DNA from: Desulfomonilia bacterium
GTDB taxonomy: Bacteria > Desulfobacterota > Desulfomonilia > UBA1062
Direction: 5' to 3'
DNA: 64,000 nt
Assembly: GCA_050014195.1 (NCBI GenBank)
Contig: JBEKDT010000012.1
Location: 94,181-158,180, forward strand
Under the pieces are notes generated by a model, which saw nothing but the letters and a program-made list of their open reading frames with translations, did no database searches and was not told where the DNA came from. Within the stretch, counting starts at the first letter, position 1, and every line of letters starts with the position of its first letter. The position numbers were made by a program, and so were the translations under genes. Positions 37,709 to 48,102 of this stretch are shown piece after piece.

Positions 37709-38518
37709 ATGGAGCAATTACATCTGGGGATATCTGAGAGTTTTTCTCTTATCCATGACCCATCGGTGTATTTGGGCAAGACAAAAGACATGGCCAAGGG
37801 CCTATTCCTCTGCTGTCGGGGGAGATTGTGCGCGGGCGAATCGGCGGGGATGGGTCTGCCGATATGGAAAACCAGAAGCAGGACCTATTTTCCATCCCTG
37901 GTGAATGTATATACAATCGGAAGACATGCAATTGAGATAGAATTCACGATGAACCTGATTCTTGCGTGGCATATTGCAGGGAAAAGGGCTCCGGAGTGGG
38001 TAAGTGTGTTCATGGAATGCATAGTTAATTGGTACATGAAAATACCAGCCTTCCAAAATCGTCTGCTCAAGTTACGCGATAGGGTTTTCTCATCGTTTGC
38101 CTTGAATAGTTCCCTCGTTACGGGGGATGAGATGGGACATTGCAGGGTGATGTATGAGGCAACACCACAAGGATTTATCATAAAGGTTGATAATGAATCC
38201 CTTCAGGGGCAAGGCCGGCTCATCATGCTCAACGAGGTTGACGGGCAGGCGTTTGACCGTCTGAGGATCGGGGATCTTGTATTGCAGGGCGATGAGATAC
38301 CTGCCTGGAAGAAAGTATCGTTTTGTGCACAACTTGAGAGCCCTTTACTCGATGCAGGCCTCTCCCTTTTGCCTGGGACGAATACGGAATACTCATCCTA
38401 TGCCCTTTTTTGCGGCAGGGAAGTAGCCCATGGATTGGATTGGGCCGGCATTGCCGTCATGAATCAGCAGTCGAGATATACGTATCAGGTGATCGTTCAT
38501 ACTTTAACCGGGACTTAA
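37709..38518 (+). CDS. Hypothetical protein
   Basis: Long ORF directly downstream of the radical SAM gene; no recognised family. Confidence 0.6.
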   Translation: MEQLHLGISESFSLIHDPSVYLGKTKDMAKGLFLCCRGRLCAGESAGMGLPIWKTRSRTYFPSLVNVYTIGRHAIEIEFTMNLILAWHIAGKRAPEWVSVFMECIVNWYMKIPAFQNRLLKLRDRVFSSFALNSSLVTGDEMGHCRVMYEATPQGFIIKVDNESLQGQGRLIMLNEVDGQAFDRLRIGDLVLQGDEIPAWKKVSFCAQLESPLLDAGLSLLPGTNTEYSSYALFCGREVAHGLDWAGIAVMNQQSRYTYQVIVHTLTGT

Positions 38519-38696
38519 AAAATTGCGGCTGGTCCGGTGGGGACAGCTATCCGTGAAATTAAGATAACTTGCGATTCTCTTCAAGAAAGCCTTTCCAAAT
38601 GGCTTTCAACATTGCCCTTCATAGAAACAGGTGGTATTATTTTTTGTACTCATGCTTCTCATGGATATGCGCCCCCGCTTTAAAGAGGAGTTTTGG

Positions 38697-38966
38697 ATGG
38701 ACAAACAGGATGACCTCAAAGAAAAGAAAGACGCTGTGTACTACTTCAAGTGCCAAAAGTGTAAGAGTGAGATTTTCTGGTCGGACATTCGGCCGTCCGT
38801 GCACAGGGCAGCCAAGGTGTTCAAGTGGGTTAGGGCCGGCTGTCCGAACGAAGACTGCGATCACTACCTTACTCTGAGCGACCCGGATAAGGTCTATGAA
38901 AGGCTTGAAGCCCAGAAGATCTATAATGAGATGATTGCAAAGGGTATCAAGGCATATTGGGTGTAA
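38697..38966 (+). CDS. Small zinc-ribbon-like hypothetical protein
   Basis: GAGGAG RBS; CQKC...CPNEDC. Confidence 0.65.
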   Translation: MDKQDDLKEKKDAVYYFKCQKCKSEIFWSDIRPSVHRAAKVFKWVRAGCPNEDCDHYLTLSDPDKVYERLEAQKIYNEMIAKGIKAYWV

Positions 38967-39078
38967 AGACCCAAATCGGTCTGGAATCGCGTTACCTATC
39001 CTTCCAAAATACTCACCGCTTCTCCAATATTTTGTTTAACTTGCCTTTTGGAAGAGATAGTATAAGGAGGATGCTGTT

Positions 39079-39438
39079 ATGATAAAGGACATCCTCTACG
39101 AGAAGACCGAACAGAGGCTCATCGAGAAGGAACTCGATCCGAGCAAGTCCGTCAAGCTTGCCCAATGGTCCGGTGCCGATCATACGGGTAGTTTCAGAAA
39201 CGATTCCGAGACCCTCTATGTCAGCGGAAAGGGGGAGTACTATATCATCTATGAAGGGGGCCTGAACGCCGGGTTCCACAGCCTTCCCGGGGTGGAATCG
39301 TGGTTCGGGGGCTCCTATATCAGGCCCGTCTCGGTCGAAGATGCCTATGCCTGGTGCGAGGAAACATTCAATCATGATGCCATCAGGGACCATTTGCCGT
39401 TCTTCATGATCTCGCTGACTAAACAACAAAAGTTATAA
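39079..39438 (+). CDS. Hypothetical protein
   Basis: AAGGAGG RBS; ETLY..KGEYYI..EGG pattern. Confidence 0.7.
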   Translation: MIKDILYEKTEQRLIEKELDPSKSVKLAQWSGADHTGSFRNDSETLYVSGKGEYYIIYEGGLNAGFHSLPGVESWFGGSYIRPVSVEDAYAWCEETFNHDAIRDHLPFFMISLTKQQKL

Positions 39439-39452
39439 AATCTGGGGATAGA

Positions 39453-39974
39453 TCAGAACCCCAGCCGGAACAGAATCGTGACCAGATCGCTATCTACAGG
39501 GTGATTGTCAAAGAGGACATGATACTTGAAGTCCATCCCGATCTTTATGCCCTGCTGTAATGGGAACTCCATGCCTGCACCCAGGTAGAGGCCGCCCTCG
39601 GAGTGGCTATTCCCGTAGTCGGGATCAAGAAAATATATCCCGAGCCCTACATCTCCGTAGAGATTCAGGTTTCTGTTGACCGGGGCAGTCAGGCGTGGGC
39701 CGAAAAGCAGCGATGTGATAGCGAGATCGGAATCTCCTCTCCCGTCATGACTTGCCGTTGTCAGGCTTCCCTCAAGGCTTAACTGCCTGTCCAGCCGGTA
39801 GCCGCCGTATACACCGAAGGCGATCGTATTATCCCAGTTGTCCTCTGTATTATTTGCCAGAAACTCGGGGCCTAGCTGTAAGCCTGCATACCAGTTGTTT
39901 GCACCGTGAACAGGTGTCTGCAAAGCTAAAGAGAAAAGAATAAAAACGCCAAGTACAATCGCTTGTTTTCTCAT
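39453..39974 (-). CDS. Outer-membrane beta-barrel (OmpA-like/porin family) protein
   Basis: Signal peptide MRKQAIV..., alternating beta strands, C-terminal Phe; GGAGG RBS. Confidence 0.85.
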   Translation of the reverse strand: MRKQAIVLGVFILFSLALQTPVHGANNWYAGLQLGPEFLANNTEDNWDNTIAFGVYGGYRLDRQLSLEGSLTTASHDGRGDSDLAITSLLFGPRLTAPVNRNLNLYGDVGLGIYFLDPDYGNSHSEGGLYLGAGMEFPLQQGIKIGMDFKYHVLFDNHPVDSDLVTILFRLGF

Positions 39975-40139
39975 GGTAGGCCTCCTATGGAAAATATGTG
40001 GCTTTACATAGTCAGCAAAGACCCGAAGGTCAAGGGCTTCTGACGGATGAATGGGACAATGATTATAGAACATCTGGAATGCATGACCGATCATGTTCAA
40101 AAAGATTTGCGTTATGGGAATTGAATAATGGGCGTGGAT

Positions 40140-40169
40140 AAAGGGGCGGGCCCTACAGGTCCCGCCCCT
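40140..40169 (-). terminator. Terminator downstream of hcp
   Basis: AGGGGCGGG/CCCGCCCCT hairpin. Confidence 0.55.
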
Positions 40170-40178
40170 GAGAAAGTC

Positions 40179-41813
40179 TTAGTTGCCTGCCATGATGCTT
40201 GCCACATCGGCATCCGGTGTGGTTACAGCCTTGATATTGAAGTTGTCCACCAGGACCTTGGCTACATTAGGCGACAGGAAGCCCGGGAGCGTCGGTCCGA
40301 GCCTTATGCCCTTGACCCCGAGATAGAGCAGTGCCAACAGAACGGCTACAGCCTTCTGTTCATACCATGCGATGTCAAAGGAGATGGGCAGTTTGTTGAT
40401 GTCGTCCAGGCCGAAGACTTCCTTGAGCTTCAGCGCTATGACGGCCAGGGAATAGGAGTCGTTGCACTGTCCTGCATCGAGCACCCGTGGAATACCGCCG
40501 ATGTCGCCCAGGTTCAGCTTGTTATAGCGATACTTGGCGCACCCGGCTGTGAGAATGACTGCATCCTTGGGGAGCTTTTCAGCGACCTGGGTGAAGTAAT
40601 CGCGTTCCTTGTAGCGGCCATCGCAACCTGCCATCACGACAAAGCGCTTAATGGCACCCGATTTGACGGCATCTACCACCTTGTCAGCTACAGCCAGGAC
40701 TTGGGTATGGGCAAATCCGCCAACGATCTCGCCGGTCTCGATCTGCTTGGGGGCGGGGCTGTTCTTTGCGCGCTTGATCACCTCAGAGAAGTCCTTAGCC
40801 TTCCCGTTTTTACGGTCGGGGATATGCTTCGTACCGGCATATCCCACCGTGCCGGTTGTAAATATGCGGTCGGCATAGGTCTCCTTGACCGGGACGATGC
40901 AGTTCGTGGTCATGAGGATGGGCCCGCCGAAGGCCTCGAACTCTTCCCGCTGATGCCACCATGACCCGCCATAGTTGCCGACCAGGTTGTCATATTTCTT
41001 GAAGAACGGGTAGTAGTGGGCCGGCAGCATCTCACCATGTGTGTATACATCCACTCCGGTGCCCTTGGTCTGCTCCATGAGCTCCTCCATATCTTTGAGA
41101 TCATGGCCTGAGATGAGTATGCCCGGATTTTTCCGGACACCGATGTTCACCTTGGTTATTTCAGGGTTGCCATAGGTAGTGGTGTTTGCTTTGTCCAGCA
41201 GTGCCATGGTTTTCACAGCCATCTCACCCGCCTTCATGACAAGCCCCACGAGCTCATCTGCACTCTTTTCCTTGGTGGTTGCAGCAAGGCCTTCTACAAG
41301 GAAGTGGTAGATATCGTCATCTTCGAAACCCAGGACAAAAGCATGGTGCGCATATGCCGCGATACCCTTCAAACCATAAATTAAAAGTTCGCGCAGCGAA
41401 CGTACGTCTTCGTTGCCGGTGGCAAGCACACCCACTTCCTTGGCCTTGCTCTGGAACTCGTTGTTACTCTCAGTTCGCCAGATTGCGCTGTCGTGGGTAA
41501 TGTCTTTCGCAGCGTCTCCCACTTTGGCCTTGAGCGCATCTCTGAGGGTAATCGCGTCTCGGATGAGGGAGCTTATTCGTGACGGGTCAAAATTGGTGTT
41601 GGTCAGTGTTACGAACAGGGCATCCAGGAGAAACCTGCCGTGAGAGGAATTGAATGCCCCCTTGGCGATGGCCTTTTCGCCATATAATGAAATTCCCTTG
41701 AGTACATGGATGAGAAGGTCCATGAGATTGGCGGTATCTTCGGTCTTTCCACAGACGCCTCTAACAGTGCAGCCCTGATTCTTTGCCGTTTCTTGACACT
41801 GATAACAAAACAT
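40179..41813 (-). CDS. hcp: Hybrid cluster protein (hydroxylamine reductase)
   Basis: [18 protein letters not shown]; SGHD; GCDG; AGQCND; WYEQKA. Confidence 0.97.
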   Translation of the reverse strand: MFCYQCQETAKNQGCTVRGVCGKTEDTANLMDLLIHVLKGISLYGEKAIAKGAFNSSHGRFLLDALFVTLTNTNFDPSRISSLIRDAITLRDALKAKVGDAAKDITHDSAIWRTESNNEFQSKAKEVGVLATGNEDVRSLRELLIYGLKGIAAYAHHAFVLGFEDDDIYHFLVEGLAATTKEKSADELVGLVMKAGEMAVKTMALLDKANTTTYGNPEITKVNIGVRKNPGILISGHDLKDMEELMEQTKGTGVDVYTHGEMLPAHYYPFFKKYDNLVGNYGGSWWHQREEFEAFGGPILMTTNCIVPVKETYADRIFTTGTVGYAGTKHIPDRKNGKAKDFSEVIKRAKNSPAPKQIETGEIVGGFAHTQVLAVADKVVDAVKSGAIKRFVVMAGCDGRYKERDYFTQVAEKLPKDAVILTAGCAKYRYNKLNLGDIGGIPRVLDAGQCNDSYSLAVIALKLKEVFGLDDINKLPISFDIAWYEQKAVAVLLALLYLGVKGIRLGPTLPGFLSPNVAKVLVDNFNIKAVTTPDADVASIMAGN

Positions 41814-41877
41814 GATGTTCCTCCTTCATGTGTTTTTTATTGTGTCCCCGAAATATCAGGTTATATTTAGAACGTAA

Positions 41878-41891
41878 TTGACCTGAGTCAA
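41878..41891. promoter_or_regulatory. Crp/Fnr-family (HcpR-like) operator upstream of hcp
   Basis: Palindrome TTGAC-N4-GTCAA about 65 nt upstream of the hcp start. Confidence 0.65.
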
Positions 41892-41999
41892 GCCTGCACG
41901 ATTTATTTCAAAATCAATGAACCAGGCAATGCAAGAATCCGCCTGTTCATGACTGGGGTCTGATGGTATGTTATCGTACATAAAGAAGGGGAGGAAAGC

Positions 42000-42293
42000 A
42001 TGAACTATCTCATCATTGCGCATGACGGCACTGATGACAAGGCGCTGGAAAGGAGAATGGCATCACGGGATCAGCATCTTGCATCGATAATAAGGCTCAA
42101 GGCTGAAGGCAAGGCACTCTACGGTGCTGCGCTTATCGACGAAGGCGGTGCTATGAAAGGCTCGCTGCTGATCATGGATTTTGCATCACAGGCAGAGCTC
42201 GAACATTACCTTGCCACCGAGCCCTATATCACCGGCAAGGTCTGGCAGCAGGTGGAAGTTAAACCATGTAGAGTGCCGGAGATATTTCTTTAG
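42000..42293 (+). CDS. YciI family protein
   Basis: RRMASRDQHL, GSLLI, EPY..GKVW. Confidence 0.88.
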   Translation: MNYLIIAHDGTDDKALERRMASRDQHLASIIRLKAEGKALYGAALIDEGGAMKGSLLIMDFASQAELEHYLATEPYITGKVWQQVEVKPCRVPEIFL

Positions 42294-42560
42294 TCATAAT
42301 TGAGAAATATATTTCTCATAGCCAAATTAATTCACTTTTAACCATATAGTTAATTATATGATATCAAAGGATTAATAATATTGTGTACTAGTATAATGCA
42401 CGTATACGACTAGTATTATTTTAGTAATTAAAAATCTATCCAAGGTATAGTTTTTGTATATATAATTATATATAATAAGTAATTACCATTACCCTATCTA
42501 ACAAACCAGAAATACATTGATAGGAAAAATATCTTAAAATTCAAAGAGAGGAAGGACCCA

Positions 42561-44168
42561 ATGGGAACAACCACGAAAGAGCCTAGACTTGCTTTGATCC
42601 AAAATGAATCAGGTACGAAGAATTATATCAACATTCCCCCGATCATCATGAAGAGGATTTATTCTATTGGAAGCCTTACCAATCTTAAAGATGGTGTATC
42701 CTTCATTATCAGAAACCCAATGAAGGATGCTCTTATTACCAGACTCAATGGCGTCTTCATGAATGGCAAAGAAATCCCTCAGCATGAGATATTACTGAGT
42801 AACAACGGAGCAACCATCAATGCTAGTGAGATAAACGCGGACCAACCTTTTCTTTTCTCAATGGGCCAGGATGTGAAATTCCTTGTGCAGACTGTAGCCT
42901 TAGCCAAAAACATGGAGCACAAGATCAATATCTCCTTCCAAACAGATCTTTATGGGCCATTGGATCTAGAAGCGAGAGACTCGATTATTAAGACAACACC
43001 AATCCAGCAGATGATACCTTATGATAAGCAAAATAACTACAACATGGATATTATTCGAAAGAGACAGGATTTTTTGGAAGAGCACACCGGCACTCACTTT
43101 CATCATGTAAAGCAGCATTCCTTTGATCCTACTGTAACCCAAGGGAATATCGAGAATTTCACTGGTGTGTCACAGGTTCCTCTCGGGTTTGCCGGACCGT
43201 TAAAAATCAATGGAGAGCACGCCAAGGGTGAGTTCTATATCCCCATGAGCACAAGTGAAGGGACATTGGTTGCATCCTATAACAGAGGAATGAAGCTCCT
43301 CAATATGTGTGGAGGCGTCACTGTTACAATCATTGAAGATCATATGCAGAGATCGCCTGCCTTCGCCTTTGTTTCTGCGCGTGAATGCAGGGACTTCGTG
43401 ATGTGGGTTGATCAGAACTTGGACGAGATCCGCCAGCAGGCTGAATCCTGTTCAAAGGTTGCAAAGTTACTCAGTATAGACAGGTATGTGGCGAGCAGGC
43501 TCGTATACTTACGATTCAACTACTATACAGGTGATGCTGCTGGGCAGAACATGGTGAGTATGTGTACATATACAGCATGTAACTGGATACTATCCCAGGT
43601 GAACGATGTTAAACATTTCTATATGGATGGGAATATCTCCACTGATAAAAAAGCATCTTTTATCAATAACCTGACTACGCGTGGAAAGAGGGTAATAGGA
43701 GAGATCCTTATTCCGAAAGAAGTATTGATTCAGCACATGAGGGTAGATCCTGTGACCCTTGATAACCTCTGCAGGGCATGCCAACTCGGTGCTTTTATGG
43801 GAGGCGCTTCGAGCAATGGTCTTCATGCAGCCAACGCCCTTGCTGCTATTTTCATAGCAACAGGCCAGGATGTGGCGTGTGTATCCGAATCATCAACCGG
43901 CATGGTTTGTACTGAGATAACACCGGAAGGTGACCTCTATGGGTCATTGACGCTCCCATCATTGATAGTTGCAACACATGGCGGCGGCACTAGTCTGCCA
44001 ACCCAGCGTGAATGTTTAGAGTCTCTTGGGTGTTATGGTCACGGCAAGGTTTTAAAATTTGCAGAGATTGTTACTGCGGCGGCAACAGCAGGAGAAATCT
44101 CTCTTGCCGGGGCGATTGCATCCCTGGACTGGGTCACGAGTCATGAGCGCTTAGGAAAAAATCGCTAA
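42561..44168 (+). CDS. HMG-CoA reductase (class I-like) with extra N-terminal domain
   Basis: GNIENFTG, PMSTSEGTLVAS, GDAAGQNM, DKK, TGQDVA, terminal His (SHERLG). Confidence 0.88.
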   Translation: MGTTTKEPRLALIQNESGTKNYINIPPIIMKRIYSIGSLTNLKDGVSFIIRNPMKDALITRLNGVFMNGKEIPQHEILLSNNGATINASEINADQPFLFSMGQDVKFLVQTVALAKNMEHKINISFQTDLYGPLDLEARDSIIKTTPIQQMIPYDKQNNYNMDIIRKRQDFLEEHTGTHFHHVKQHSFDPTVTQGNIENFTGVSQVPLGFAGPLKINGEHAKGEFYIPMSTSEGTLVASYNRGMKLLNMCGGVTVTIIEDHMQRSPAFAFVSARECRDFVMWVDQNLDEIRQQAESCSKVAKLLSIDRYVASRLVYLRFNYYTGDAAGQNMVSMCTYTACNWILSQVNDVKHFYMDGNISTDKKASFINNLTTRGKRVIGEILIPKEVLIQHMRVDPVTLDNLCRACQLGAFMGGASSNGLHAANALAAIFIATGQDVACVSESSTGMVCTEITPEGDLYGSLTLPSLIVATHGGGTSLPTQRECLESLGCYGHGKVLKFAEIVTAAATAGEISLAGAIASLDWVTSHERLGKNR

Positions 44169-44193
44169 AATCATAGAGAGCATAAGGAGATGT

Positions 44194-45267
44194 GTGTACA
44201 TGGGTAATGTAGCAGAGATTAACCCACTTTCGGGTCAATTAAGAGATAATCCGCCGGTCAAGGTTGTACCTATAGACCATTACCGATCAAGGGCTCAGGG
44301 GAAGTCCGATCTTTTTTCCCTCGAAGAGCGGCTCACATACCTAAGACAGTATGGGAACCATTGCATGTCATTTTCAACACTCCAACCCGGGATGCACTTT
44401 TTTGATGTCCCTGGGATTGGTTTCATAGCCTATATGCAGAAATGGGGCAATCGTTTAACTCTTGCTGATCCGGTTTGCGATATTAAAGACCGTGAAACAT
44501 TTTTTAGGGAACTCCACAAAGATGGCAAACATACTACCTTTGTGCAGATCTCTCAAGATACTGCCGAGCTGCTTCATGATAAGTTCGGCTATTATGCCAC
44601 CCAGTTCGGGATTGAGATTAATCTGGATCTCAAGAGGTGGGACCTGAAAGGAAAGAAAAAGCAGATCTTGAGGACATCGATTAACCATGCAAAGAAGGAA
44701 GGTGTTATCATAGAGGAAAAATGCACCAGCGAGGGATGTCATCAGCTCACATGTGAGTGGCTGAAAACACGTAGGGTTAAAAATAGAGAGATCGGGTTTC
44801 TGATTCGCCCCATGGAGATGGAGTATGAAGAGGGAACGAGGAAATTTTTTGCATATTTGAATGGGGAACTCATAGGATTCATCTTTTTTGATCCGATATA
44901 TTCTGATAATCAGATAACAGGCTATGTGCCCAATATATCTCGCTTCAGCAGCAAGTTCAAATCGGGTATTTTCTATCCGCTCATGATCCATGCTATAGAG
45001 GTATTTAAGCAGGAAGGTATACCGAACTTGAATCTTGGTCTTTGCCCTCTTGTAGTAGATGATAAGGACCTGTTTTGCGAATCAGGTATCCAAAAAAAGC
45101 TCAATCGTCTTCTCTATAAGTATGGCAATTGGATATTTAGTTTCAAGGGGTTGTATTTCACCAAATCACGTTTCGATGGCGTTGAGAAAAAAGTGTTTGG
45201 AGCCCATAAGGAAAAACTCCCAACCATACCCTTCTTAACCATGTTCAGGCTGTCAAACTTTTTCTAA
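44194..45267 (+). CDS. Stand-alone DUF2156 (MprF synthase-like, aminoacyl-tRNA-dependent transferase) protein
   Basis: LADPVC, LKGKKKQILR, LNLGLCP, FSFKGLYFTKSRF; no TM segments. Confidence 0.8.
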   Translation: MYMGNVAEINPLSGQLRDNPPVKVVPIDHYRSRAQGKSDLFSLEERLTYLRQYGNHCMSFSTLQPGMHFFDVPGIGFIAYMQKWGNRLTLADPVCDIKDRETFFRELHKDGKHTTFVQISQDTAELLHDKFGYYATQFGIEINLDLKRWDLKGKKKQILRTSINHAKKEGVIIEEKCTSEGCHQLTCEWLKTRRVKNREIGFLIRPMEMEYEEGTRKFFAYLNGELIGFIFFDPIYSDNQITGYVPNISRFSSKFKSGIFYPLMIHAIEVFKQEGIPNLNLGLCPLVVDDKDLFCESGIQKKLNRLLYKYGNWIFSFKGLYFTKSRFDGVEKKVFGAHKEKLPTIPFLTMFRLSNFF

Positions 45268-45364
45268 TCGATTAAATTTTTATAAGAAACGGTATCACCA
45301 AATATAGGCCCATAGTCATCTATTCACAAGAATATATTGAATCTCGTGATTAAAACATGGGATA

Positions 45365-47182
45365 GTGACTTTGATGGGAATCTTTAGAGTAATTCTCGCG
45401 TTAAGTGTTCTTTTGACCCATGCAGGGGGTTTTGCAGTATTTTCTCGAGGAGGCATTTATCACTATAGTATTACAGGAGGCCTTGTTGCTGTTCAATGCT
45501 TCTATATTATATCCGGCTTTTATATGTCTCTGATATTAAACGATAAATACACTAAAAAGAAATCATCTCTTTTCCTGTTCTACACCAATAGGATATTTCG
45601 CTTGATGCCCTTATATTGCTTTTTCCTGATAGTCTCGATCGGGTTTACCTGCATCTTTGATTATTCAAATTACAAATCAATTGCACTCTTATATTTCATT
45701 GATTATTTCAAGATGCTCGACATAACTTCTAAAGTATATGTTATTGCCTCACACATTCTTGTCATAGGCCAGGATCTGTCTTTTTTCTTGGGTATAAATC
45801 CCCATACTGGCGGTTTGAGTATCGATTCCACTTCATTAATACATACTACTGACCCTATGTTATGGGGATTTTATTTCATTCCGCAGTCATGGACGTTAAG
45901 TCTTGAGTTTTGTTTCTATTTACTGGTGCCATTTTTTGTAAAGAGAATAAATAGCACGATACTTGTCATACTGCTAAGTTTTGTGATCCGAATAGTTGTC
46001 TATTCTATGGGATACAACTTTGATCCGTGGACGTATAGATTTTTCCCTTTTGAGCTTGCAATGTTTCTGTCCGGGACCCTATCTCATAAATTATACTTAC
46101 TTTTGAAACACAAAAAAATAATAAACAATGTAAACTCTCTTGCAGTTTCGGGCATTATTCTTATTTTAACCTTTTGTTATCCTTTGTTGCCCCAGCGAAA
46201 TTCACTCCCTTATTTTTTCAATGATGCACAATTACTCTATTATACAAGTGTCGTTCTTGGATTACCTTTCATATTTCAAATAAGCAGGAGCAATAGGATA
46301 GATCGTTTTATCGGTGAGCTTTCATATCCGATATACTTATGTCACCTCATAATCATTCCGCTCTTTGGAGAACCATATGCGGCTGATAAATCTCCCTCTA
46401 CCCTTTTGTATATTATCTGTTTATCCATTGTATTATCAGCAGGATCTGTTGTCTTTATCCAAAAATATGTGGATAATTACCGCCAAAGACGTTACCAGAT
46501 CATGGCGAGGACATTTATGGTAGCAGTCGATCCCTCCAACCCCCCCATGGAAATGTTCGATACCACCAAGAAGATCATAGGATATGACATAGATCTCATG
46601 AATGCCGTTGCCAGAAATGGGGGCTTCTCCATCAGTTACGTTAATACGACAAAAGGCAAAATGTTTAAGGGGCTAGAATCAGGCAGTTACAATGCAATCT
46701 GCTCGTCAATTGCCATCACCGACCAGCTTAATAAGAAGTATGATTTCTCATTACCATACATCAAAATAGAACAGGTCCTTATAGTCGCTAAGATCTCCTG
46801 TGATGTGAACAAACTCGATGATATGAAGGGTAAGAAAATAGGTGCTCAAGTGGGTACCACCGGTGCCCTGGAAGTTCAAAAAGTGAAAAATGTGGAGCTC
46901 AAGAATTATAGTGATATCAACCTCGCATTCAATGATTTAGCTGCGGGTAGAATCGAGGGTGTGGTATGCGATAACCTAATATCAGCCGATTATTTTCTCC
47001 ATAAGAAGGAATACAAGGATATATTTGTCATTGCTGGTGCACCATTTGCAATGAAGCAGTATGGCATTGTCGTGAAGAAAGGAGACGATCATTTTCTCAA
47101 CCTCATCAATAAAGGCATCAAATCGGTTCAGATACAGGGCATCATTCCTGAGCTTAAAAAGAAATGGTTTGACAAATCTTAA
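45365..47182 (+). CDS. Acyltransferase-3 membrane protein fused to a family-3 amino-acid solute-binding domain
   Basis: FYIISGF, RIFRL, WTLSLEFCFY, SYPIYLCH; then PPMEM..GYDIDL..GAQVGTTG..YGIVVKKG..KKWF. Confidence 0.85.
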   Translation: MTLMGIFRVILALSVLLTHAGGFAVFSRGGIYHYSITGGLVAVQCFYIISGFYMSLILNDKYTKKKSSLFLFYTNRIFRLMPLYCFFLIVSIGFTCIFDYSNYKSIALLYFIDYFKMLDITSKVYVIASHILVIGQDLSFFLGINPHTGGLSIDSTSLIHTTDPMLWGFYFIPQSWTLSLEFCFYLLVPFFVKRINSTILVILLSFVIRIVVYSMGYNFDPWTYRFFPFELAMFLSGTLSHKLYLLLKHKKIINNVNSLAVSGIILILTFCYPLLPQRNSLPYFFNDAQLLYYTSVVLGLPFIFQISRSNRIDRFIGELSYPIYLCHLIIIPLFGEPYAADKSPSTLLYIICLSIVLSAGSVVFIQKYVDNYRQRRYQIMARTFMVAVDPSNPPMEMFDTTKKIIGYDIDLMNAVARNGGFSISYVNTTKGKMFKGLESGSYNAICSSIAITDQLNKKYDFSLPYIKIEQVLIVAKISCDVNKLDDMKGKKIGAQVGTTGALEVQKVKNVELKNYSDINLAFNDLAAGRIEGVVCDNLISADYFLHKKEYKDIFVIAGAPFAMKQYGIVVKKGDDHFLNLINKGIKSVQIQGIIPELKKKWFDKS

Positions 47183-47243
47183 CATTGAAGAATTCTCTTG
47201 ATTATACAGGGGGAAAACAACCTTCCAAGTTCTTCCTCATTAA

Positions 47244-47259
47244 AGGCATTGCTTTTGCT
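47244..47259 (+). promoter_or_regulatory. Sigma54-like promoter
   Basis: AGGCAT-TGCTT-TTGCT upstream of 47296. Confidence 0.55.
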
Positions 47260-47295
47260 GATGATAGAGATATAATATTTCTTAGGTAAAGAATT

Positions 47296-47712
47296 ATGAA
47301 AAGCGCACTGTTGTTTTTTATTATCTTTTTGCTTCCATTCTCCACCTGGGCAATGACACCGCTTACTGATTCCGAGCTTTCTGATGTCAGTGGACAGGCT
47401 GGTGTGAGTATCATGTTTGATATAGCAATGAATATACACTTCGATGTCATTGCTTGGGGAGACTCTGATGGTCTTGGTTCAAATAACATCTGGGGAGAAA
47501 AAACTACTGGCGGTTATTTCGGAGTAAAAAATCTCTCTATCAACAACCTTTACATAGGACCTCGCACGGATGCCTATAGCTACAATGGATCTTATCCTAT
47601 CACTATAGATGGTGCTAAGGTTATATCCCATACAGTTGATGATTCTTTTATCCGAATGGATCTTAATGCTCTTCAGAACCCTCTTATGACATGGAATAAT
47701 ACGTTGCATTAG
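47296..47712 (+). CDS. Secreted DUF6160-like protein (short)
   Basis: Signal peptide then AMTPLTDSELSDVSGQAGVSI..WGDSDG. Confidence 0.75.
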   Translation: MKSALLFFIIFLLPFSTWAMTPLTDSELSDVSGQAGVSIMFDIAMNIHFDVIAWGDSDGLGSNNIWGEKTTGGYFGVKNLSINNLYIGPRTDAYSYNGSYPITIDGAKVISHTVDDSFIRMDLNALQNPLMTWNNTLH

Positions 47713-47773
47713 ACGTCGATTCAAGATGTTTTGTCTGTGCTTGTCGACCTCTTCCTATGACCTGATAGCTGTA

Positions 47774-47876
47774 GATTCCTGCGATTTTATCTCGGTTTTA
47801 AGTTGTCTGAAAACTGAAAATCTGGGTTTGAAACCTATGAAGCAAGGTACTCTATATTAGAGCGTGTCAAATGGTG
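47774..47876 (-). repeat. Boundary element copy H (opposite orientation)
   Basis: Reverse complement ccttgcttcataggtttcaaacccagattttcagttttcagacaacttaaaaccgagataaaatcgcaggaatc closely matches copy E. Confidence 0.85.
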
Positions 47877-48007
47877 TATCAGTCATAATTTTCATAGTTC
47901 TTCCCCTGGGGTAAAAGTCCCCATGGTGGGGTACAATTCCCCCCATAGGGAAGGTTCCTTGTAAGGCCCTGATTGCTAACACTATGAGTTTAAAGGGGTA
48001 ATCTTCA

Positions 48008-48023
48008 TGGCATTCATATTGCC
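48008..48023 (+). promoter_or_regulatory. Sigma54 promoter of the hydrogenase operon
   Basis: TGGCAT-TCATA-TTGCC; CCCC/GGGG palindromic tracts upstream may be activator sites. Confidence 0.65.
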
Positions 48024-48102
48024 TTACGAATATTAACAGCGGTTCATGGTATGCGTCTACAGCCATACGCCGCTTTTAAAGATGTAAGGAGGGCACAGAA
48101 GA

